Assembly: GCA_963740315.1 (NCBI GenBank) | Contig: CAVUDP010000003.1 | Span: 384,001-448,000 of the forward strand | DNA: 64,000 nt | Reading direction: 5' to 3' | Source: an uncultured cyanobacterium | Lineage (GTDB): Bacteria > Cyanobacteriota > Cyanobacteriia > Cyanobacteriales > Nostocaceae | Part shown: positions 51,599-61,500 of the stretch, piece by piece | Position numbering within the stretch: the stretch's first letter is position 1 | How the letters are laid out: the number at the start of each line of letters is the position of its first letter | Made by a program: the position numbers and the translations under genes | Notes under the pieces: model-generated | What the model was told of the DNA's origin: nothing | Database searches by the model: none | The model's input: the letters and a program-made list of their open reading frames with translations, nothing else

Positions 51599-51671
51599 TG
51601 GACGATACTGGACTCGAACCAGTGACGTCCTGCTTGTAAGGCAGGCGCTCTACCAACTGAGCTAATCGTCC
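51599..51671 (-). tRNA. trnV: tRNA-Val(TAC)
   Basis: Reverse complement GGACGATTAGCTCAGTTGGTAGAGCGCCTGCCTTACAAGCAGGACGTCACTGGTTCGAGTCCAGTATCGTCCA folds as a cloverleaf with anticodon TAC; CCA not encoded. Confidence 0.97.
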
Positions 51672-51991
51672 GTTGTGTCTCACAAGTAAACAATATAGCA
51701 AACTTTTTCCGACAGCGCTAGTCTTTTTGAAAAATATTTTTTTGCGGATGATTTATCTTTATTAAGATTTGCGTAAATAAACCGATCTTCCTAATTCGCT
51801 TCACGGTAAAAAACCCGTAATAGCCTCCAATAAAGTCAAAAATGTTTAGTAACAAGAGCAATGGACATAAGTAAGGTGTGAGTGTACCTTGTATCATGTC
51901 AGTTTATTAGTTATGATTCGGGCGTTGGAAAAACTTCAGCCTTCCCCAGTGGGAATTGATTCCAACCATGCCCAATTCCCCAATTTTAATT

Positions 51992-52600
51992 ATGCCCTCT
52001 GGTCAAACTCACGATCGCATTACAATTTGGGCTTTACCGTTTATTGCTGGTGTCACTTTTTGGCAGACTCGCAGTAGCAGTATGACTTTGTTGATTGCTG
52101 GTGGGTTTATGTTTGGGGGATTGATGTTTGGTCCGGACTTGGATATTTATTCAATTCAGTATCAACGTTGGGGTTACTTGCGTTTTCTCTGGCTTCCCTA
52201 TCAAAAAAGTCTCCGCCATCGTTCTTTTTTATCCCACGGACCGTTAATCGGAACAACTCTGCGGGTACTCTATTTATGCGGCATAGTCTCAGTTGCCGGA
52301 ATCGTTATTTTACTTATTGCCGAGAAAATATTAAATATGGCTTTGAACTGGCAGGAAGTAGCTTCCAATATATTAGAAACAATCAACCTCCACTCAACGC
52401 AATTTTTAGCGTTGTTTATCGGATTGGAACTAGGTGCGATGAGTCATTCCATAAGTGACTGGTCAAATTCCGCTTACAAACGTTTTAAAAGAAAAGGTAT
52501 CGCCAGTTTACTACCCCAAAAGAAAACGAAAAAACGTAAATCCATGAGTAAATCCACCACCAGTCGTAGGACTCAATCTAAAGTAAGGAGGAGGAAGTGA
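51992..52600 (+). CDS. DUF2227-like putative metal-binding membrane protein
   Basis: 'MPSGQTHDRIT', 'GPDLD', 'HRSFLSHGP..GT..R', 'SHSISD'. Confidence 0.82.
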   Translation: MPSGQTHDRITIWALPFIAGVTFWQTRSSSMTLLIAGGFMFGGLMFGPDLDIYSIQYQRWGYLRFLWLPYQKSLRHRSFLSHGPLIGTTLRVLYLCGIVSVAGIVILLIAEKILNMALNWQEVASNILETINLHSTQFLALFIGLELGAMSHSISDWSNSAYKRFKRKGIASLLPQKKTKKRKSMSKSTTSRRTQSKVRRRK

Positions 52601-52646
52601 GATTGGGAAGAGGGGGAAGAGGGGGAAGAGGGGGAGATGGGGAGAG

Positions 52647-53024
52647 GGGGAGATGGGGTTCGGGGGAGTACTTCGACAAGTCTTACAGTGAGCTACGTCG
52701 AACTGCTCAGTAACCTTTGGGGAGATGGGGTTCGGGGGAGTACTTCGACAAGTCTTACAGTGAGCTACGTCGAACTGCTCAGTAACCTTTGGGGAGATGG
52801 GGTTCGGGGGAGTACTTCGACAAGTCTTACAGTGAGCTACGTCGAACTGCTCAGTAACCTTTGGGGAGATGGGGTTCGGGGGAGTACTTCGACAAGTCTT
52901 ACAGTGAGCTACGTCGAACTGCTCAGTAACCTTTGGGGAGATGGGGTTCGGGGGAGTACTTCGACAAGTCTTACAGTGAGCTACGTCGAACTGCTCAGTA
53001 ACCTTTGGGGAGATGGGGTTCGGG
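52647..53024. repeat. Perfect tandem repeat, 5 x 72 bp + 18 bp
   Basis: Unit GGGGAGATGGGGTTCGGGGGAGTACTTCGACAAGTCTTACAGTGAGCTACGTCGAACTGCTCAGTAACCTTT at 52647, 52719, 52791, 52863, 52935; partial at 53007. Confidence 0.95.
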
Positions 53025-53118
53025 ACAAGGGGACAAAACCAATTAACTCTTAATTCCTAACTCCGGTGGTCCTAACTCCGGTGGTCCTTACTGATAACTG
53101 CTCACTGATAACTGATTA

Positions 53119-53913
53119 ATGGATACTTTAACAGCTTTACAAGAATTAATTGATGTGGTGGCGAAATTGCGATCGCCATCGGGTGGTTGTCCTTGGGATT
53201 TGGAGCAAACGCCGGAAACTTTGACGAACTATGCGATCGAGGAGGCTTATGAGGTTGCTGATGCTATTAAAAGCGGGGACAAAAATCACGTTGCCCAGGA
53301 GTTGGGGGATTTGCTTTTACAGGTTGTGATGCAAGCGCAACTTTTTAGCGAATCTGGAGATTTTACGCTCAAGGAAGTGGCTGAAGGTATTACTCAAAAG
53401 TTGATTCGCCGTCATCCTCATGTTTTTGGTGATGTGTCGGTGCAAAGTGTGGATGAGGTAAACCAAAATTGGGACGAAATCAAGGCTGCTGAGAAGGGTG
53501 AAGTTGCTCCTTGTCACAAACTTAGCAATAAACTCAGTGGTTATACTCGCAAGATGCCGCCGTTAATGGCGACGATGAAAATTTCTAAAAAGGCTGCCGA
53601 TGTTGGCTTTGAATGGGAAAATATTGATGGTGTGTGGGCAAAGTTTGAGGAAGAATTAGGAGAATTTAAACAGGCTTTAGCAGAGGAAACGCCGGAAAGA
53701 CAGCAAGAGGAATTAGGCGACTTACTATTTAGCGTGCTTCAGTTAGCGCGATGGAATAATTTAGATCCAAGCGTTGCTTTACAAGGCACAAATAAAAGAT
53801 TTATTCAGCGATTGTCTCATATGGAAGCATTTGCCGATCGCCCGCTTGCGGAATATAGTTTGTTGGAGTTGGAAGCACTTTGGCAGCAGGCGAAGCAGGA
53901 TTTGAAAACATAA
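53119..53913 (+). CDS. mazG: Nucleoside triphosphate pyrophosphohydrolase
   Basis: 'GCPWD', 'EEAYE', 'ELGDLLLQ', 'RRHPHVF', second 'EELGDLLF'. Confidence 0.93.
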   Translation: MDTLTALQELIDVVAKLRSPSGGCPWDLEQTPETLTNYAIEEAYEVADAIKSGDKNHVAQELGDLLLQVVMQAQLFSESGDFTLKEVAEGITQKLIRRHPHVFGDVSVQSVDEVNQNWDEIKAAEKGEVAPCHKLSNKLSGYTRKMPPLMATMKISKKAADVGFEWENIDGVWAKFEEELGEFKQALAEETPERQQEELGDLLFSVLQLARWNNLDPSVALQGTNKRFIQRLSHMEAFADRPLAEYSLLELEALWQQAKQDLKT

Positions 53914-54137
53914 TAGCTTGTAGTCAGGACTTTAGTCCCACTTTAAAGGGATGGGGGAGATGGGGATGGGGGAGATGGGGAGAATTACCTATTATCAATT
54001 ATCAACGATCGATTATCAATTACCAATTATCAAAATATTTCAGAAAAAAATCCAAATTGGTAGCAAAGGTAGGTTAATTTGACCACCAGTGATGCTAAAG
54101 TGCAAGATATTCTTGTGACAATTCTCAGCGGGTATCA

Positions 54138-56372
54138 ATGCTGAAGAAGCTACAGAAAAAACAAATTTCGCTTATTGCTGGCGTGGGAGTCTGCGCCTTT
54201 CTGGTTGGAGCTATGGTTTCAGCCCCTCGAATTGGTAAAAATTTGGGGAGGTTATTCAATGGTAATAATCAAGAGGCGGTTATTTCGGAAGCGAATATAG
54301 CCAAATCTGTTGTTTTACCTTTGGTTAATCAACCACCCGAAAAACGTGCGGCTCAATTGGCACAAATTGCCAAAGGTTCGTCTTCAATCGAACAATATCG
54401 CGCTCGTTATCTTTTAGCGGATGATTTGCTTACAAAAGACCAAGCTCAGGAAGCGCTAAAATTACTTGATGGTCTGGAAAATGATTATCAAGTTTTAAAG
54501 CCTTATGTTTTATTACAGCAGGCTCGTGCGTATCGTATTCTTGGCGAAGATGGCAAAGCTTCCGATAAAAGGCAGGCTGTTGTTAAAGAATATTCCAAAG
54601 AACCAGTTGCCGCTAAAGCTTTGTATTTAATCGGTGTGGAGGAATATCAAGATAAGGCGATCGCTGAGTTTCCTTCTCATCCTTTGACGTGGGAAATTAT
54701 TCGGGGACGTTTGGCAAAAAATCCCAATCAACCAGAGTTACAGTTAATTCTGGCAAAATACGCTTTTGAACAACCCGGAATCGTTCCGGTGTTAAATCAA
54801 CTTGTTGACGAACCAACCCTCAAACCGGAGGATTGGGAAGTAATTGGTAATGCGTATTGGGAAAGTAAGGAATTCGGCAAAGCAGCTAAAGCCTACGAAA
54901 AAGCAACTCCTACAGCTGAAAATCTTTACCGTTATGGTAGAGGATTGCAAATTAGTGGAGAGAGAGAAAAAGCTCAACTAGTTTATCAACAGTTGCTCAG
55001 CGAATTTCCCACCGCTCGTGAAAGTGGTAAAGCACTGTTACAGTTAGCGCAATTAACGAGAACGGGTACCGCTCGTTTACCTTTTCTCGACCAAGCAATT
55101 GCCAATTTCCCAGAATTTGCTGGGGAAGCGCTGATTCGTAAAGCCACAATCCTGCAATCGCAAAACAATAATTCCGGTGCTAGGGAAGCTTTAAAAACAC
55201 TGATTACTCAGTTTGCCAGCAGCGAACAAGCAGCCGAATACCGTTGGAAAGTCGCGTTGGATAAAGCCAAAGCGAATGATTATCAAGCTGCATGGGAATG
55301 GGCGGCACCAGTTCCCGTCAACAATCCTACAAGTATTTTGGCTCCTAGAGCGGGTTTTTGGGTCGGTAAATGGGCAACTAAGCTTGGTAAAGAAGCAGAA
55401 GCAAAACAAGCTTATGAATATGTAGTTAGTAATTTTCCTTACTCTTACTACGCATGGCGTTCCGCTGCAACTTTAGGCTTGGACGTTGGTAATTTTAATA
55501 CCCTGCGTGACATGAGTCCGGAAATGGTAGACCGCGTGCGTCCCCTACCACCTGCTGGTTCCGATACTTTCAAAGAACTGTATCTATTAGGACAAGAACG
55601 AGACGCTTGGCTGCAATGGGAAACTGAATTTCAGAACAAAGCACAGTCAACGGTAGCAGAACAGTTTACCGAAGGTTTAATGCTGCTGGCGAGGGAAAAT
55701 TATGTCGGCGGAATTTCAATGGTTGCTAAGTTAGAAGATAGGGACAAGCCTGAAGAAAAAGCTGCTTATCAGGAATTGAGCAAGAAAAATATGTATTGGC
55801 AGGCTCGTTATCCATTCCCTTACTTTGACTTAATTAACCAGTGGTCTAAAGAACGTCAGCTTAATCCTTTCCTAGTAGTTTCCCTGATACGTCAAGAATC
55901 AAGGTTTCAAGAAAAAATTAAATCTATTGCGAATGCTACGGGTTTGATGCAGGTGCTGCCAAGTACGGCAGAATGGATTGCACCACAAATCAATGTGGAT
56001 TATAAAAGCACCAGCTTAGAAGACCCCAACGACAATATCATGTACGGTACGTGGTATTTGGACAGCACTCACAAGCAATACGAAAATAACTCATTGCTAG
56101 CAGTTGCTAGTTACAATGCAGGTCCGGGTAATGTTTCTAAGTGGTTAAGAACCATACCACAAGATGACCCCGATGAGTTTGTGGAAGCAATTCCCTTTCC
56201 CGAAACCAAAAATTACGTCCGTCAAGTACTTGGTAATTACTGGAATTATCTACGGATTTACAATCCCCAAACATCCCAATTAATGTCCCAATACTTTGCA
56301 AAACAATCCCAGTTTCCTCGTTTCCAACAGGAAGCACCAGCAACAACCAACCCGACACCAGCGAGCAATTAG
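54138..56372 (+). CDS. Soluble lytic transglycosylase (TPR + SLT domain)
   Basis: 'IRQES', 'GLMQ', 'SYNAG', 'ETKNYV'. Confidence 0.93.
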   Translation: MLKKLQKKQISLIAGVGVCAFLVGAMVSAPRIGKNLGRLFNGNNQEAVISEANIAKSVVLPLVNQPPEKRAAQLAQIAKGSSSIEQYRARYLLADDLLTKDQAQEALKLLDGLENDYQVLKPYVLLQQARAYRILGEDGKASDKRQAVVKEYSKEPVAAKALYLIGVEEYQDKAIAEFPSHPLTWEIIRGRLAKNPNQPELQLILAKYAFEQPGIVPVLNQLVDEPTLKPEDWEVIGNAYWESKEFGKAAKAYEKATPTAENLYRYGRGLQISGEREKAQLVYQQLLSEFPTARESGKALLQLAQLTRTGTARLPFLDQAIANFPEFAGEALIRKATILQSQNNNSGAREALKTLITQFASSEQAAEYRWKVALDKAKANDYQAAWEWAAPVPVNNPTSILAPRAGFWVGKWATKLGKEAEAKQAYEYVVSNFPYSYYAWRSAATLGLDVGNFNTLRDMSPEMVDRVRPLPPAGSDTFKELYLLGQERDAWLQWETEFQNKAQSTVAEQFTEGLMLLARENYVGGISMVAKLEDRDKPEEKAAYQELSKKNMYWQARYPFPYFDLINQWSKERQLNPFLVVSLIRQESRFQEKIKSIANATGLMQVLPSTAEWIAPQINVDYKSTSLEDPNDNIMYGTWYLDSTHKQYENNSLLAVASYNAGPGNVSKWLRTIPQDDPDEFVEAIPFPETKNYVRQVLGNYWNYLRIYNPQTSQLMSQYFAKQSQFPRFQQEAPATTNPTPASN

Positions 56373-56609
56373 TAAGGTTAAAGGTGAAGAAGCTAGGAAT
56401 ATTTGAAATTAACAATTGCTTCATTAATTATTTGGTGTAGGGTGTGGCGTATATGTCATCCACCCTACGCGATATTTATTTATGTTGCGATCGTTTAATG
56501 ATTCAGATACTTTCCCTTAATATAAGCAATTACACTTAGGAAGTAATTTAATTTTCGGTATAAATTAGATAAGTAATATCTATTTAATAACGGAATAAGG
56601 ATTGCTTGC

Positions 56610-57260
56610 ATGGCGAACCCTTTTTTATTTTTACTCTTTAAAATAATTTGGCAAGATTTGGTAGAAAATTTAGCTTATGATTCAACAAAGCAAGATTGGC
56701 AAGCTCTTCAAGTCGTTATTGATGAAATCAAGAATAATAAACAGGTTAGCGAAGATTTAGCTCTAGCACTTTATAAGTGTTTCTACTTTTCAGATAAGAA
56801 TATTGCCCAGAAATGTCGAGAGGAATTGATAAAAAGCTCTACTTTTACTCAGTATCGCGGAGCAAAAATTTATAAACCCTCAGAAAATGACACGGGTATT
56901 AGAAAGTTAGAAAATAAAATCAACTTTTTAGAAAAGCAGTTAAAACAAATTGATAAAAAGAAGTTAGCAAAATCAGTTTTAACCTTTGATAAACTTGAAG
57001 AGCTATTAAAGCAAATATCTCAAACCACTTATGAATCTTCTCAAGAAGCTAAAAAGATAATACAAAATCAGCTATTTGAAGAAGCAGAAACAGATTGCGA
57101 TGTAAATATTTATAAAACTGCACTCAGAGATAAACAAAACGGGTTACGCAAACAAATATTTAACAGCTTTTTAGTAGAAATTGAGCCTAACGAGCAGCTT
57201 AACCGGATATTTAAAGCTAGGACATATTTGATATTAAATAAGATACGCGAGAAGGTGTAA
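56610..57260 (+). CDS. Hypothetical helical protein
   Basis: 216-aa ATG ORF with AAGGA upstream; no motif recognised. Confidence 0.6.
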   Translation: MANPFLFLLFKIIWQDLVENLAYDSTKQDWQALQVVIDEIKNNKQVSEDLALALYKCFYFSDKNIAQKCREELIKSSTFTQYRGAKIYKPSENDTGIRKLENKINFLEKQLKQIDKKKLAKSVLTFDKLEELLKQISQTTYESSQEAKKIIQNQLFEEAETDCDVNIYKTALRDKQNGLRKQIFNSFLVEIEPNEQLNRIFKARTYLILNKIREKV

Positions 57261-57523
57261 GAATAGGTTAAAGGTCTGCATGTTAAAGGTTAAAGGTGAT
57301 TTTGATTCTTTTTTTATTATCTGTAAGTTTTAAGTAACAAAATGTTTTTATGCTTCAAAGCCTCACGCCTACTGCCTAATACCCATTCTCTAGTCGCTTA
57401 TAACAATTAACAGCACTTACGTAAGCCTCCCTTAAATAAGGGGGGTTGGGGGGATCTCAATCTCTGAAACATTATATTTTCCGTTTTTGTTGCGTAAGTC
57501 CCCAATTAAGATTTTCAATGCCG

Positions 57524-57757
57524 TACTACTATTCGATCGCATTAAATTTGACGGGTTTGTAGTAAGGGCTTAGGTTCCCTAAATCCGGAGCGCTAAAGCG
57601 CTTACTACGAACCTTTTTACCCGTCAAAACTAATGCAAAGGACTACTACTATTCGATTGCACAATTTTTAATGGGTTCGTTTTGTCGTAAATGTCGGGAG
57701 TAGCAAGCAATGCTACGTCTCTACAACCCGTTAAAATTAATGTGGTGGAATACTACT
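57524..57757. mobile_element. Two tandem MITE-like inverted-repeat elements, each enclosing a REP
   Basis: gcattaaatttgacgggt (57539-57556) / acccgtcaaaactaatgc (57619-57636); related second unit 57644-57757; (t)actact at the junctions. Confidence 0.6.
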
Positions 57758-57813
57758 TAAGTTAAAATTAATTCATAAAATATAGTAGTGCAGCGGTTGC
57801 TATTTCTTCGATC

Positions 57814-58338
57814 GTGAATAAGTATACAAAATATTTAATTTTACTGGCGTTAAGCGGTACATTTACTTTAGTTGGTTGTTCGGCATCAAATACAGCAACA
57901 GATAATTCTTCCCCCGAACCCACGGCTACTGATTTATCGGCAGCAGATGCAGCCAAAGCCATAAAAGAGCGAGAAAATTACGATTCGATAGATTTGAGTA
58001 AACTTCCTCAAGGTGTATCTTTAACTGGGAGTAATCCTGAAGAAATTGCGTTCAGCCTCAAGGCTGCGGCAATCGCAGCTTTTCCCGCACCGAAGGAAGA
58101 ACCTCAAGAAGGAAATTTTAAGCGAGATGTCACTATAAACCCAGTTACACCGAATCTTACAACCGTGATTATTACCGAAACTGGACTTTTGGATGATTCT
58201 GTGAATGGAATTCGCGATCGCGCTGATTTTGAATTATCTGAATCCGATAAGTCATGGAAAATGGTTTGGGCTGGGAAGCAATACAAATGTCAATCGGGTA
58301 GAGGCTCCCAAGATTTCACTAAGCAACTTTGTTCTTAG
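57814..58338 (+). CDS. Hypothetical lipoprotein
   Basis: Lipobox LVGC; 'GLLDDSV.G.R', 'W...WAG.Q.KC..GRG......C'. Confidence 0.75.
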   Translation: MNKYTKYLILLALSGTFTLVGCSASNTATDNSSPEPTATDLSAADAAKAIKERENYDSIDLSKLPQGVSLTGSNPEEIAFSLKAAAIAAFPAPKEEPQEGNFKRDVTINPVTPNLTTVIITETGLLDDSVNGIRDRADFELSESDKSWKMVWAGKQYKCQSGRGSQDFTKQLCS

Positions 58339-58518
58339 TTGCTAACTGCTAAGAGGATGTTTTCCAAGTATCTTTTTTAACGCAATTCTCGGATTATCCC
58401 CCCTTCCCCCCTTTTTAAGGGGGGTTAAAGTCCCCCTTTTTTAAGGGGGATTTAGGGGGATCTGAAAAGTAAAATATCAAATTACACTTTCCCGCTTTTA
58501 ACTCCCTACTCCCTACTC

Positions 58519-61500
58519 CTACCTTTTTTCCAAACACAAATCATCATCTCCCTGCCCATAATCTTGCAAAGCATCGCATCCTTTAATTTGCAAATTTTTG
58601 AGAGTAAGATTATCTAAATCCCGGACAATTATCGTTCCTCTATTAGTTCCACTTAATAATGTTTTCCCATCTGGATTAAAGCTAATACTAGTAAATTCTT
58701 CTCTATCTGCTTTCAAAGTAATTAATAACGTACCATCGCGCTGCCAAAGTTTGACTTTATCTTCACTGGTGGCTGCTAATAATTTACCGTCGGGGCTAAA
58801 TGTAACACCCGTGAATTCTTCACCTTCTGCAATTAAAGTTTGCTGCAATTCACCATTTTGATTCCACAATTTAACGGTACCATCAAGGCTGGCTGAGGCG
58901 AGTATATTACTTTTACTAGACCATGAAACGCCAAATACGGGACGTTTATGTGCTGTTAAGGTATGCAGTAATTTACCTGAATTATCCCAAATTTTAACTG
59001 TATTATCGTCGCTAGCGGAAGCTATTAATTTGCCGTCGTGACTAAAGCTTACCCAGTTTACTGCTTGTTGATGTCCCGACAAAGTTGTTATTAATTCGCC
59101 GTTTCTACGCCACAATTTAACGGTTTTATCTTTACTCGCAGAAGCAAAAATATTACCATTGGGCGACCAAGAAAGACTTAATACGACATTATTATGAGCG
59201 GGTATCTTATTAATTAATGTACCGTCATCTTTCCACAATTTAACGGTTTTATCTTTACCAGCAGATGCTAAAATTTTACCGTCGGGGCTAAAACTAACAT
59301 CCCAAATTTCTTCTTGAGATGGCTGTATAGTTTTGATTTGCGTACCGTTACGAGTCCATAATTTGATAGTTTTGTCGGTACTTCCGGAAGCAATTAAATT
59401 ACCGTTTGGCGAAAAACTAACGCTGGTAACTGCTTTATTATGGGTTTTGAGATTTCCTAATAATAAATCTTGCCAAGACCAAAGTTTCACCGTTTTATCT
59501 CGACTTGCAGAAGCAAGGGTTTTACCGTCGGGGCTAAAACTAACATCATTTACCCAATCTTTGTGTCCTTTGAGGGTTCCTAATAGCACTGCATCTTTCC
59601 AGCGCCAAAGTTTGACGGTTTTGTCGGTACTTACAGTGGCGATAATTTGACTATCGCGACTGAAATTAACAGCGGTAACTGCTTCTGAATGCGCGGGAAT
59701 AAGTTTTAATAATTTTCCTTGGCGACTCCACAGTTTGACGGTATTATCCAAACTTGCCGAAGCGATTATTTGACTATCATTTGACCAAGCTATGCTGGTA
59801 ATTGCATCGCGATGTCCTTCAATAGTAAGGGTATTTTCACCGTTTTTATTCCAGAGTTTAATAGTTTTATCGCTGCTTGCAGAAGCGAGGGTTTCACCGT
59901 CGGGAGAAAAAGCGACTTGTAAAACCGCATCATTATGACCAAATAATGTTTTGAGTAACTTACCTTGGCGATTCCAAAGCTTGATAGTGCGATCGGTACT
60001 CCCGGAAGCAATTACTCTACCGTTGGGACTGAAACTAACGCTATTTACAACATTTTTGTGTCCCGGTAAAGTTAAATTAACCCTACCATCCACAGTCCAA
60101 AGTTTGACAGTTTTATCTTGAGAAGCAGAAGCAACGGTAGTACCATCGGGGCTAAAAGTTACGCTATTAACTACATCGGTATGTCCCGATAAAATTCGGA
60201 AATATTTACCGTCTGGATACCATAGTTTAACGGTTTTGTCAGCACTTGCAGAAGCAATCAAGGAGTTTAGCGGACTAAAAGAAACGCTATTAACTCCTGA
60301 TAAATGTCCGGATATTGTTTCTTTTTCCCTAACTTGAGGAACTACCTGATGTAAGGCTGTCATTACCTGGGCTTTTGTATAAGCATCCGGTAATAAAGTT
60401 GATTGAAATTTATTTGCTGCTTGCAAACCTTGTTTTAAAGCGTCGAAATCCTTACCGGAAGAAGCAAGTTCTTCAGCAGATGCGCTGATGGCTCTAATTT
60501 CACTTAGTAAAGCTTGTCTCCATAAATAAACTGACATTACCGTAGAAGCTGCCAAAGTCAAAATAGCTGTAATAGAACCCGCAAGCGCTATTTTTAAAGA
60601 ACGATTAACTTTGACTTCGCTTTCTTTTTGCAGTTGTTTACTTTCTGCTAATTGGGCTTGTAGTTTTTGCTGTTCTAATTCTCCTAATAGCCCCTCGATT
60701 TCCATGCGACTAAGTTCTTCACGCTTGCGGAGTTCTTTTAATTCTGTGAATAAATTATCGCTTTGTTGGGGTTGATTATCAATGATTTTCGACTGCTTTT
60801 TCTTTCTTAGTTCGCTGTGGAGTCGAGTAATTTCTGTTTCTCTTTGCTGTACTTGATTTCTTAGTTGTCTTAATTGAGTTTGAAAGCTTAATTCTTCTTG
60901 TTGTAAAAACCGAATTAAATCAACCAAATAATCATGAATTAATTGATAGCGTTCGCTAACATCAGCAAACAAAACTACTAAACCAGAACGCACCAAAATT
61001 TCTAAAACTAACTCTAATTTTTCTGCTGTTTCTAACTCCGCTAATTCCGAAGTTAATTCTGCCTTGGTTTTAAAAGGTCTTTTATGATTTTCATCGGTTA
61101 ATAAATATAAAACCAGTAAAGCGGCTTGTTCGTTTTCCGAACCGCAATCTTTAATAATTTCCTTAATATATCGTTCGATAAGTTTATTAGTTCGATAAGG
61201 TTCGTATTTAGCTAAAGTAGTAATACTCTCATCTTGAAGTTGCGCTCCTACTACCTGTAATTCAATCGGACGAACTTCTCCTAATTCTAAAGATAAATCT
61301 TCAACCAAGGCATCAATTAAAGCCGGTTCGATACTGTATTCCGAACGTTCCGTTAACTGCTGAATAACGTTTTTCGCATCTGACGATGAAAGATTATTAA
61401 CTTGATAGCGGATCTCTTTGTCTAAAATATTATCGCCAATCGAATCCTGTTTCGCTAAACGTTTTAAATCGAGCAAATGATGTAAATAATCTTCTCTTAA

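Noticed and set aside
39560..51671. Integrase or attL/attR-bounded mobile element
   Set aside because: No recombinase ORF and no repeat of the tRNA 3' end found by eye.
52647..53024. CRISPR array
   Set aside because: The units are identical along their whole length, with no unique spacers, and there are no cas genes nearby.
52637..53053. 138-aa repeat protein
   Set aside because: It is simply the stop-free frame of the 72-bp repeat; no independent coding evidence.
53119..53913. MazG as an anti-phage gene
   Set aside because: Two-domain housekeeping type, on the other side of the tRNA among core-like genes.
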